This document shows, piece after piece, positions 41,727 through 50,285 of a stretch of 64,000 nt of DNA. Origin of the DNA: a candidate division WOR-3 bacterium (GTDB taxonomy: Bacteria > Hydrothermota > Hydrothermia > UBA1063 > CAJXJZ01); NCBI GenBank assembly GCA_027038175.1, contig JALVYB010000003.1:8438-72437 (forward strand), in the 5' to 3' direction. Under the pieces are notes generated by a model that saw only the letters and a program-made list of their open reading frames with translations, was not told the DNA's origin and did not search any database. Made by a program: the position numbers and the translations under genes. Every line of letters starts with the position of its first letter. Positions within the stretch are counted from its first letter, which is position 1.

Positions 41727-42491
41727 ATGAAAAAACTATTTATGATTGCTGGGGTATTACTTCTTGTTTTATCCTGCCAGGAGTTAAATGTCACCACACT
41801 AACAATCGATGGAGCTGTTTTTTATCAGGAAACCACCGGAAAATTGAGCGGGGCATACGGAGTATTTGTAGTTGCGAAAGCAAATATAGACGCTTACGAT
41901 AGAAATGCCCTACCGGAAGTTGCGCCACCTGTATCTGACACCACTTCAACATTTCCACGCCTTGACATACCGTCATTTCTTACACCTCTGAATAATGCAA
42001 CGGTTAAAGTGAACGACGAAATACTCAGTGAAGCATACGATGGGCAGTATCAGGGAAGTCTTAACAATATAACACCGCAGGATACGGTGGATATCCTTGT
42101 CGCCACCCAGGAAGGAGATACCGGTAAAGCAACCATGATAATACCAGGGAATTTTTCTTTGAATATCCACGACACAGCCTTTGTATACGATTCGATCTCC
42201 TCTTTAGACCTTTCATGGACACACAGCGAAAATGCCAGTTCCTACCTTGTTATTGTGTATAGGGTTGACTCAGCAGGCCAATCACCATCTCTTATTATGA
42301 AAGAAACCACCCAGGACACTACTTATTCTATTTCTAAAGACAACCTTGAAAAAGGTCAATATCTCATACAGGTAGCCTCTGTCTACGGGAGGCTAAACGC
42401 CTCCATGCCTCAGTCAGGCGCCATGATAGGGGTATTAGGGCAGGTAGCCACACTATTTATTAAAAAACCTGTTCTTATAACCTTAAATTAA
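41727..42491 (+). CDS. lipoprotein with FN3/Ig-like repeat, unknown function
   Basis: 254 aa. Lipobox LVLSC. SLDLSWTHSENASSYLVIVYRVD is an FN3-like pattern. Confidence 0.55.
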   Translation: MKKLFMIAGVLLLVLSCQELNVTTLTIDGAVFYQETTGKLSGAYGVFVVAKANIDAYDRNALPEVAPPVSDTTSTFPRLDIPSFLTPLNNATVKVNDEILSEAYDGQYQGSLNNITPQDTVDILVATQEGDTGKATMIIPGNFSLNIHDTAFVYDSISSLDLSWTHSENASSYLVIVYRVDSAGQSPSLIMKETTQDTTYSISKDNLEKGQYLIQVASVYGRLNASMPQSGAMIGVLGQVATLFIKKPVLITLN

Positions 42492-42498
42492 TCAAACC

Positions 42499-43950
42499 AT
42501 GGACTTTGAAAAGGTCCTTCGCAGAATAGATAACGTAAGATGGGAAATACCAGAGAACTTTGATAGCAGGATGCGTGTTCCTGCAAGGCTTATTGCCTCA
42601 AAAGAGATGCTCCCTGCCATTATTAACGACAATGCCCTTTCTCAACTCGTCAATGTAGCAATGCTACCTGGCATTTTGAAATACTCCCTTGCGATGCCTG
42701 ATATTCACTGGGGATACGGCTTTCCTATTGGCGGTGTCGCTGCTTTTGATTACGAGACCGGTATTATCTCTCCAGGTGGAGTGGGGTACGATATTAACTG
42801 TGGAGTTCGTATAATAAGAACCAACCTCAATGTTGGGGATGTAAAGCCTTATCTTGAGAAACTTACAAATACCATCTTTAAAAATGTGCCCTGCGGAGTG
42901 GGTAGTAAAGGCAAAATACGCGTGTCCAAAAGAGAATTAGAGGAACTCGTCGTGAAAGGTTCAAGGTGGGCTGTTGATAAGGGATTTGGTTTTAAAGAGG
43001 ATATAGAACGTACAGAAGAATATGGCAGACTTGATGGTGCAAATCCAGACTTTGTATCTCAAAGGGCAATTGAAAGGGGAATGCCACAACTTGGATCACT
43101 CGGTGCTGGCAATCACTTCCTTGAAATACAGAGAGTAGCAGAAGTTTATGATGAAAAACTTGCAAATGCTTTTGGTCTAAAAAAGGATACCGTTACCGTA
43201 ATGATACATACAGGTTCACGAGGTTTTGGACATCAGATATGTGACGACTATATCAAAGTCATTATAAGGTCGATGAGTAAATATGGGATAAATGTGCCAG
43301 ATAGACAACTTGCCTCAGTTCCAATAAAATCCGAGGAAGGAAAAAGGTATTTTGGTGCAATGGCTGCTGCTGCAAATTTTGCGTGGAATAACAGGCAATT
43401 AATAACTTACTGGGTAAGAGAGAGCTTCGAAAAGGTCTTTGGTCAAAGCGCAGAGGAACTCGGAATGCATCTTGTTTACGATGTGGCCCACAACATAGCC
43501 AAAATAGAGGAACACTCAGTGAACGGAAAGAAGATGAAAGTAGTTGTACATAGAAAAGGAGCCACAAGGGCTTTCCCTAAGGGGCATCCACTTCTTCCTG
43601 AGATTTATAAGCATACGGGACAACCCGTTCTTCTCCCGGGTGACATGGGAAGCATGTCATTTATCCTTGTGGGAACGCACAGAGCCATGGAAGAAACCTT
43701 TGGCAGTTCAGCACACGGGGCAGGAAGAGTGCTTTCAAGAAAAAAGGCCAAAAAAGTTACTCAGGGAAGAAATATCTTCAGGGAACTTAAAGAAAGGGGA
43801 ATATTGCTTAAAGCCGCTTCAGTTGAAACTGCAAGAGAAGAAGTGCCGGATGCTTATAAGGATGTAGAAATGGTTGCAAATACGATGGAGATGGGAGGTC
43901 TTGCTAAAAAAGTTGTGAAACTCGTTCCACTCGCAGTAATTAAAGGCTAA
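42499..43950 (+). CDS. rtcB: RNA 3'-phosphate/5'-OH ligase RtcB
   Basis: 483 aa. MPDIHWGYGFPIGGV, GYDINCG, GAGNHFLEIQ, HTGSRGFGHQ, SAHGAGR. Confidence 0.95.
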   Translation: MDFEKVLRRIDNVRWEIPENFDSRMRVPARLIASKEMLPAIINDNALSQLVNVAMLPGILKYSLAMPDIHWGYGFPIGGVAAFDYETGIISPGGVGYDINCGVRIIRTNLNVGDVKPYLEKLTNTIFKNVPCGVGSKGKIRVSKRELEELVVKGSRWAVDKGFGFKEDIERTEEYGRLDGANPDFVSQRAIERGMPQLGSLGAGNHFLEIQRVAEVYDEKLANAFGLKKDTVTVMIHTGSRGFGHQICDDYIKVIIRSMSKYGINVPDRQLASVPIKSEEGKRYFGAMAAAANFAWNNRQLITYWVRESFEKVFGQSAEELGMHLVYDVAHNIAKIEEHSVNGKKMKVVVHRKGATRAFPKGHPLLPEIYKHTGQPVLLPGDMGSMSFILVGTHRAMEETFGSSAHGAGRVLSRKKAKKVTQGRNIFRELKERGILLKAASVETAREEVPDAYKDVEMVANTMEMGGLAKKVVKLVPLAVIKG

Positions 43951-43955
43951 AATTA

Positions 43956-45311
43956 ATGCCCCTTCGAATTGTCTTATCTATTCTACTTTTGTTGCTTCTT
44001 TTAAATCTGCCCTTCATAGATATCAAAGAGTACAGAAAGGGACTTTACCTCTACCATAACAAAGAGGGAGAGATATTTATTCAACGTCACCCAGAACTCA
44101 AAAAAGTCCTTCACCTAACCCGTAACAAAAAACTCAAGCCTCTACTTCTCGTTACCTCCACACCCTCTAAGTACAACCTTAAAAATTTTGCATTTATTTT
44201 TGTGACAACTGAGAAAGGCCAAAACACTTACAATCTCCTATCTCATATTCCCACCCATGCCAGAATAGGAGACACTTTGTATTTTAAGGAGAAAATACGA
44301 TTTGTTGACAGAAACGGAACTTTAATTCCCAGACTCCCCATACAAAAACGTCACAACTTTGTTTATGTAGAGGTCGGGGATAAACGTTACAGAATAGATA
44401 TAAAGGGAGTTGATAAGGAAGTTTACGTAATAGATACGGTAAAGGAAATTGCCTCTTATCATGGAGCATTGAGAAGATATTTTGAAAGTCTTCCGTTTAT
44501 AAGTTACGTAGAAGTTATACATTCTGGGAGAAAAACCTATAACTACTTTAAAGATTCTGTATCAGTCGGGAATATCAAACTACATCCTGTTTTATTTTAT
44601 ATCGGTAAAGATGTAAAAATTGAAAAAAGAACCAACTACTCAAACCCCAGGGGTTTATACCTTGCTTTCTCTGATACAGTTCTACCTGTAGCAATCACAG
44701 ATATAAAAGTCCCTGCGGAAAAGAATGTAAAACCAGTTGCTTTTATTATTGGTAAAGATAAAATACCCTTTGCATATATTCAAAAAGGAAAAGCCATACT
44801 CGCTTCTCCTCAAATTGACGTGTTATCCCGTACATACCCATCCCTGTTCCATTCTATTATGGACTCTCTCCTAAGTTTAATAACCATTCCCAGGGTTTAC
44901 TCTTTCAGCGAGAAACACTTTGTATATGAAGGTGAACCCCTCACACTTCACGTAATGTGTATTCCATTTTGCCAAAACTGCATGGTAAGACATGCAAATA
45001 CAGACGAGGTCTGTCTTCAGGATACATCATTTTTGTATTCTTACACATTCACACCATCCTATAAGGATACACTTATTTTAGTGAAAGTAGACAGTAATAT
45101 TGTCGATACCATTTTCGTTCACGTATTTCCAAGGAATAAACATCTCACATTTGGCGAGAAAGAGTTTATGGATTATATTAATGCAAATACCTATGCTATA
45201 AGAGGAGACATTATTTCCAGAGCACGAGACAGTACATTATTCTATTTTATTTTTCTTTTTCTCCTCATATTGACGTGGTTTTACGAAAAAAGAAAACAGA
45301 AAAAGGAATGA
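43956..45311 (+). CDS. hypothetical protein with N- and C-terminal TM anchors
   Basis: 451 aa. Poly-Leu N-terminal helix and C-terminal FYFIFLFLLILTWFY followed by KRKQKKE. No motif recognised. Confidence 0.45.
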   Translation: MPLRIVLSILLLLLLLNLPFIDIKEYRKGLYLYHNKEGEIFIQRHPELKKVLHLTRNKKLKPLLLVTSTPSKYNLKNFAFIFVTTEKGQNTYNLLSHIPTHARIGDTLYFKEKIRFVDRNGTLIPRLPIQKRHNFVYVEVGDKRYRIDIKGVDKEVYVIDTVKEIASYHGALRRYFESLPFISYVEVIHSGRKTYNYFKDSVSVGNIKLHPVLFYIGKDVKIEKRTNYSNPRGLYLAFSDTVLPVAITDIKVPAEKNVKPVAFIIGKDKIPFAYIQKGKAILASPQIDVLSRTYPSLFHSIMDSLLSLITIPRVYSFSEKHFVYEGEPLTLHVMCIPFCQNCMVRHANTDEVCLQDTSFLYSYTFTPSYKDTLILVKVDSNIVDTIFVHVFPRNKHLTFGEKEFMDYINANTYAIRGDIISRARDSTLFYFIFLFLLILTWFYEKRKQKKE

Positions 45312-45312
45312 T

Positions 45313-47061
45313 CTAAAGTCTATCAACCTTTATAACGTTAAGAGATTCATTAGAACCTTTTATCACGAGTCTACCCTTCTTAAACTTGAAATACTTATAG
45401 TATTGTCTGTTGTTCAATACATCAGCAAGGACCTCCTCAAGTCCATCTTCAAGCAAGAGAGCGCTACCTCCAGGTGTAGATTTTCTGAGCCTCCTTGCTA
45501 TATCCACACCTTCCCCTATAACCTCCTTTGAATACTTGTCTTTCACTGTTTTTCCAACGGCAAGCCCTATGGCAACATCTATATCTGTTCCTTTTCTGTT
45601 CTTTATCCTCCCTATGCGGTAAAGAAGCGATAGGGCACATACAATGGCGCTTTTGAGCGTATTCTTATCATCCGGAAAGGTTACAACAATACCCCCCACC
45701 ACGCTGTAATGATTCCCTCCAAACTCTTTTATCGTATTGATTATTGACATCATATAGGAGTTGATTATATCATCAAGTTCAGGTGTGTATTTTTTTCCAT
45801 GAATACCGGAAAGGGCAATATCAAGCACTGCTGCCATCTCGAATCTACTTGTGCCGCCTGTGGTTGTGGTGGAGATTTTTTCCTTTACGTACTCCTCGTA
45901 TTCTTCAGAAGAGAGAAAACTCGAAAGTTCCTTCTCCACATATTTGTTCATTATACTGGAAAAGATTCTGGGGGTCTGCTTTGGCATATGTTTCACTTTT
46001 TCCCAGGTGATTTCATCAGGTAAAGCAAAGATAGGATTTCTTACTTTTTTCTCGCAGCAGTATTTTGATACTCCCATAATGTAATGGAGATATGCAACAT
46101 CACCGTAAAACCTGAATATCTTCCAGCCTATTTCCTTAATGTCCTCCTCAGAAATATACTTACTACCAAGCGCTTTATAAAACCCTGCTTTCTCAAGGAC
46201 ACTCTTTATATCAACACTATCACCATAATATGCCTTGAGGTTTTCTTCTGCACGCTTCAGCATTTCTCTTAAATCCTCCTTTGAAGGAGGATTCTTGGAT
46301 ACTTTCAATAGTTCTGCTGGCTCAAGATGCTGAAACACGTCAAAGTACGTTTTTATATACTGCTTTATCACAGAACCGTGCTGTGGGCATATGGTCTTTA
46401 CATCAAGTTCTTTCAATTTCAAAATCGTACTCCTTAATGCTTCCCGTGAACCAAAATAGACAGTGGCAAAGTTAATCGCACGTCCTATATAGTCAGCATC
46501 TGCAAACAGTTCAAAATCCACCGAAAATGCCCCAAAAAGGTCAGATGAAAAGAGAGTCCCTGTGTTAATATCGAATAGCATCATGCTACCTGCTGCATGT
46601 ACATATGGGGTCTGAATAACCTTCAGGTTCCTGCTGCTACCCAGCACTATGATGTCTCCATCCTTTACAGGAATCATCTTGAGACCAGTGCCATAATACG
46701 GTAAAAAACTGATACTCCTGCTTGTTGCAATTATAGCAGCATTTGGATGAATATGCTTCTCCCACAAAGGCAGTGACCCGCATACATCAGGGTCCTTGTG
46801 GGAACAGACAAGAAATTTAATTCTCTCCGTTTTCCCTTCAAGTACATCCTTTACTTTTTTAAAGATAATCTTGAAAAGTTGAGGTGCTGCAGGACCGGGG
46901 TCAACAAGCATGGCATCCTTCTCGGATACAATAAGGTAAGGGTTATTGGAAAAGCCTGCATCAAAATCGGCAAACCCCACCCAGTATATTCCCTTTTCCA
47001 CCTCCACAGCCTTAAATGCAGTTTGCTTTATCTGTTCCTTTTGATAGTCATCCATTGCCAT
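45313..47061 (-). CDS. flavodiiron/ODP-like metallo-beta-lactamase-fold domain fused to a degenerate class III nucleotide cyclase-like domain
   Basis: 582 aa. N-half: GIYWVGFADFD...NPYLIVSEKDAMLVDPG...LVCSHKDPDVCG...PYVHAAGS...LFSSDLFGAF...ICPQHGSVI, co-linear with the flavodiiron MBL domain ligand positions. C-half: AAVLDIALSG...FGGNHYSVVGGIVVTF...VAIGLAVGKTV...VIGEGVDIARRL, with cyclase-homology spacing. Confidence 0.55.
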   Translation of the reverse strand: MAMDDYQKEQIKQTAFKAVEVEKGIYWVGFADFDAGFSNNPYLIVSEKDAMLVDPGPAAPQLFKIIFKKVKDVLEGKTERIKFLVCSHKDPDVCGSLPLWEKHIHPNAAIIATSRSISFLPYYGTGLKMIPVKDGDIIVLGSSRNLKVIQTPYVHAAGSMMLFDINTGTLFSSDLFGAFSVDFELFADADYIGRAINFATVYFGSREALRSTILKLKELDVKTICPQHGSVIKQYIKTYFDVFQHLEPAELLKVSKNPPSKEDLREMLKRAEENLKAYYGDSVDIKSVLEKAGFYKALGSKYISEEDIKEIGWKIFRFYGDVAYLHYIMGVSKYCCEKKVRNPIFALPDEITWEKVKHMPKQTPRIFSSIMNKYVEKELSSFLSSEEYEEYVKEKISTTTTGGTSRFEMAAVLDIALSGIHGKKYTPELDDIINSYMMSIINTIKEFGGNHYSVVGGIVVTFPDDKNTLKSAIVCALSLLYRIGRIKNRKGTDIDVAIGLAVGKTVKDKYSKEVIGEGVDIARRLRKSTPGGSALLLEDGLEEVLADVLNNRQYYKYFKFKKGRLVIKGSNESLNVIKVDRL

Positions 47062-47554
47062 CTTTTAATTTAAAGAGTCTATCCCTTGCAAAAATTGAAA
47101 CAGTGGAAGAAGGACACGTTAATATACTCTCTCTGTAAAATTTCATGGACCTTTTGACGTCCTTGTCTTTTAGATATTCTCCCATAAAATACGCTGCCCA
47201 GCAACGTTGTGGTCTCTCTTTCATCATGCCATATATCTCTTTAGCCTTATCAAAACGCCCCTTTCTCATGTTACATATAATCACAAGGACATTCAATCTA
47301 TCATCCTCCAGAGCGTGCCCTGAACAACTTCCTGTATAGTTTTCAATGATTTGTTTTTCTATAAGAGGCCTCTTTGCACTATCTGTATCCATTAAAATAT
47401 CTTTTATGTACAGCGCTTCTGTATAACTTACAGAATAGGGACTCTGGGATTCTGTATATGATAATATAACTGAGTCAAGGGATTGCCACCTATCTTTGTA
47501 TTTTAAAAGAATACTGTCAAGAGGTAGCGTTACAAGAAGTGCAATCAATATCAT
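47048..47554 (-). CDS. hypothetical exported/anchored protein (helical, TPR-like?)
   Basis: 168 aa with a hydrophobic N-terminus. Overlaps both neighbours (4 nt and 14 nt), which supports co-translation. No motif recognised. Confidence 0.4.
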   Translation of the reverse strand: MILIALLVTLPLDSILLKYKDRWQSLDSVILSYTESQSPYSVSYTEALYIKDILMDTDSAKRPLIEKQIIENYTGSCSGHALEDDRLNVLVIICNMRKGRFDKAKEIYGMMKERPQRCWAAYFMGEYLKDKDVKRSMKFYRESILTCPSSTVSIFARDRLFKLKDGNG

Positions 47555-48099
47555 AATCCAAGTTCTTCACTTATTTCCTGCATGGCTGAAAGTGATATGC
47601 TGAGGAACTCGTCAAGGCTTATACCTACCTCCTCTATACTTTTCATCTGCTCTCTATTTGCTCCCTGTGCAAATCTCTTTTCCTTAAACCTTCTCTTCAA
47701 GAAACGGAGGTCCAGTCCTTTCAGGCTTTTCGAAGGATGCATAAGTGCGCATGCAACAATAAAACCCGTTACAGGGTCTGCAGCGTATATGCACTTTTCC
47801 ATAATGGTCTCCCTATCCTTCTTACCACAATGAGAGAGAACAGCGTCAAGAATTTCTTTATCGTTTACTCCTTCCTTCTTTAATATATCCACAGAAACAA
47901 TCCCATGTTTTTCAGGTTTATTATAGGTCTGTTCATAATCAATATCGTGCAGTATACCGGCGATTTCCCACTTATCCTTATCTCCTCCAAACCTCTCTGC
48001 AAGGTGCCTCATCACCCTGCCTGTTGCTATCATGTGTTTAACAAGATTACCTTTCTTTACATACTTTTTAACAAGTGAAATAGCCTCTTCCCTTGTCAT
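47551..48099 (-). CDS. HD-domain metal-dependent phosphohydrolase
   Basis: 182 aa. KHMIATGRVMRHLA...GILHDIDYE HD signature. Confidence 0.75.
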   Translation of the reverse strand: MTREEAISLVKKYVKKGNLVKHMIATGRVMRHLAERFGGDKDKWEIAGILHDIDYEQTYNKPEKHGIVSVDILKKEGVNDKEILDAVLSHCGKKDRETIMEKCIYAADPVTGFIVACALMHPSKSLKGLDLRFLKRRFKEKRFAQGANREQMKSIEEVGISLDEFLSISLSAMQEISEELGL

Positions 48100-48109
48100 A
48101 TTCTAAACC

Positions 48110-48871
48110 TCAAAAGTTCAAATATACACCCGTTGAGAGATATGCATCGTACCTTACAGGGTTTGAATCATTCTCATCGTACAGATACCTCGGGAAAATC
48201 TTCCCTATCTCTCCATACCAGGACACAGAGGAGAACTGCATCTTAAACCCCAGACCTATTGAGAGGAGGTAACCTTTATAATTAAGTTTTAGGGTGTCTG
48301 TGCGAAAAATGGTATCTCCCACTTCTCTTTCAACTGTACCTGTGAAATTATACGAATAAAGATTGTTGGAAATAAATACGGTCGTCATGGAAGGAAGAAG
48401 CACATCTGTGCTTTTTGTTTCAAGAAGTATCTTCTGAAATACAACTCTTGCCCCTTTGAGGTCTCCCTCTACCACCTTCCTGGGAGTCAGGTTAAGTGTT
48501 GTATAAGAACCTCCCAGAGTCATAATTGACTTTTTATCAAGGAAGAAATTCTTTCCAATATAGAAACCTGCTCCCAGCACTTCATTATCTTCAGTACTCC
48601 ACTGGTCACCAAGCCGCAAACCCGCATAAAAATCTTTGTTGTATAGTGCAATATCAGACCCCATAGGCACAATTAGATATGCCATATCTGTCCCAACACT
48701 GAGTCTTAATCTTGAACTCTGTCCTAAAGGAACAGGAGATGGCGAGAAGCCTACAGATATACTGGATGGATACTGCATCCTCTCACCTTCTCCATAACCA
48801 TAATTATAAACAGCACCAGCACAACCTGCGAGGAATAGGAGTGGCACTAACAAAAAAGATACTTTCTTCAT
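48110..48871 (-). CDS. putative outer-membrane beta-barrel lipoprotein
   Basis: 253 aa. Lipobox LFLAGC, alternating hydrophobic pattern, C-terminal ...GVYLNF with terminal Phe. Confidence 0.45.
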   Translation of the reverse strand: MKKVSFLLVPLLFLAGCAGAVYNYGYGEGERMQYPSSISVGFSPSPVPLGQSSRLRLSVGTDMAYLIVPMGSDIALYNKDFYAGLRLGDQWSTEDNEVLGAGFYIGKNFFLDKKSIMTLGGSYTTLNLTPRKVVEGDLKGARVVFQKILLETKSTDVLLPSMTTVFISNNLYSYNFTGTVEREVGDTIFRTDTLKLNYKGYLLSIGLGFKMQFSSVSWYGEIGKIFPRYLYDENDSNPVRYDAYLSTGVYLNF

Positions 48872-48883
48872 TTTCCTTACCTC

Positions 48884-49705
48884 CTATAGTTTTTCTATTA
48901 TTTTAAGAATAAGACTGGAGAGTCTTGCCCCAGCGACATTGGCAATTTCAACAACTTCCTCATGTGTTGCCCCTTCTGTCTGTGACTTTCTGAGGGCATT
49001 TGTTATTATAGAGAATCCAACAACCCTGACACCCATGTGAACAGCAGCAATAACCTCTGGCACAGTTGACATACCAACTGCATCTCCACCTATGAGTCTT
49101 ACAAAATTATATTCCGCAGGTGTCTCAAGTGATGGACCCTGTAATGCCACATAAACACCTTCTTTAATATGAATCCCTGACTCCTCAGCACATCTTCTGG
49201 CCAGATTGATTAGATCAGGGTCGTATGCCTTTGCCATAGAAGGAAATCTTGGACCAAATTCCTCCTCATTCCTGCCCCTCAAAGGATTATCTGGCAAAAG
49301 ATTTATATGGTCAAGTATGAGCATTATATCACCTGCTTCAAAATAGGGATTCGTTCCACCTGCTGCATTTGTAACAATAAGTATTTTCATACCCAGTTTG
49401 TAGAGAACCCTTAAAGGATAAACCACTTCACTCAATGGATAACCTTCATAATAGTGGAACCTTCCCTTCATTATTGCCACTTTTTTCCCGGAGAGTTCAC
49501 CAAAAACCAGTTTTCCCTCATGGCCTTCAACAGTTGAGACAGGAAAATGTGGAATTTTGCTATAAGGAATTTCTGCCTTTGTATTTACCACCTCTGCCAC
49601 CCTTCCAAGACCAGAGCCTAATATCATTCCTATTTCCACATCAAAAGCCCCATTTCCCCTGAGGTAGTTTACAGATTCTGTCACTTTATCTAAAAGTTCA
49701 CTCAT
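48884..49705 (-). CDS. punA: purine nucleoside phosphorylase (trimeric PNP/MTAP family)
   Basis: 273 aa. ILGSGLG, HEGKLVFGEL.GKKVAIMKGRFHYYEGY, GMSTVPEV. Confidence 0.8.
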   Translation of the reverse strand: MSELLDKVTESVNYLRGNGAFDVEIGMILGSGLGRVAEVVNTKAEIPYSKIPHFPVSTVEGHEGKLVFGELSGKKVAIMKGRFHYYEGYPLSEVVYPLRVLYKLGMKILIVTNAAGGTNPYFEAGDIMLILDHINLLPDNPLRGRNEEEFGPRFPSMAKAYDPDLINLARRCAEESGIHIKEGVYVALQGPSLETPAEYNFVRLIGGDAVGMSTVPEVIAAVHMGVRVVGFSIITNALRKSQTEGATHEEVVEIANVAGARLSSLILKIIEKL

Positions 49706-50153
49706 TCTCTTTTACCTCCCTCTCAATCACACGTAAAAAATACTCCAGTTCACCTTTAAAAGACTGGATAATTTCCCAGCGCTTCTTTTTGAGGCTCTTA
49801 ATCTCTTCCTTTAACCTATCACGTTCAAGGACTGCTTCCTTTGTAGCAGAGAGGGCCTCTATTTTCGCCTTCTCCAGAATTACTGCTGCTTCCTTTTTTG
49901 CATTCTCCACGATGCTCTGAGCATTTTTTTGTGCCATGATAAGGGCTGATTTCAATTCCTGTTCCATCTCCTGAAACTCACTGAGCTTTTCCTCAAGTAG
50001 TTTTATCCTTACCTTAAGTTCACTGTTTTCCTGCAAAAGTTCCTGCATTTCATTGGCAATAGAATCAAGGTACGACTGTACCTGAGCAGGGTCATAACCC
50101 TTAAACTTTATTCTAAATGTACTATTGCGAATATCTACCGGTTTCATTGACAT
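49698..50153 (-). CDS. divIVA: DivIVA-domain protein
   Basis: 151 aa. KPVDIRNSTFRIKFKGYDPAQVQSYLDSIANE followed by a coiled coil. Confidence 0.85.
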   Translation of the reverse strand: MSMKPVDIRNSTFRIKFKGYDPAQVQSYLDSIANEMQELLQENSELKVRIKLLEEKLSEFQEMEQELKSALIMAQKNAQSIVENAKKEAAVILEKAKIEALSATKEAVLERDRLKEEIKSLKKKRWEIIQSFKGELEYFLRVIEREVKENE

Positions 50154-50186
50154 AAATACGCTCCTTTCAATTTTCTTAACTGATTT

Positions 50187-50215
50187 AGTATAAACTTACT
50201 ACACCGAGTAGTCAA
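50187..50215 (-). promoter_or_regulatory. sigma70-type promoter TTGACT-17nt-TATACT for the divIVA operon
   Basis: Minus-sense TTGACT (50215-50210), 17-nt spacer, TATACT (50192-50187). Leader with AAGGAG. Confidence 0.55.
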
Positions 50216-50247
50216 TTATGCAGGCAAAATCAGGGAACTTAAACTGT

Positions 50248-50276
50248 TTGACCTTTTTATCAAGTTGCTTTATGAT
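50248..50276 (+). promoter_or_regulatory. promoter TTGACC-17nt-TATGAT placed 9 nt before the ATG at 50286 (leaderless/near-leaderless candidate)
   Basis: TTGACC 50248-50253, 17-nt spacer, TATGAT 50271-50276, aaaaaaact, ATG. The track TTG start (50265) lies inside the spacer. Confidence 0.55.
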
Positions 50277-50285
50277 AAAAAAACT

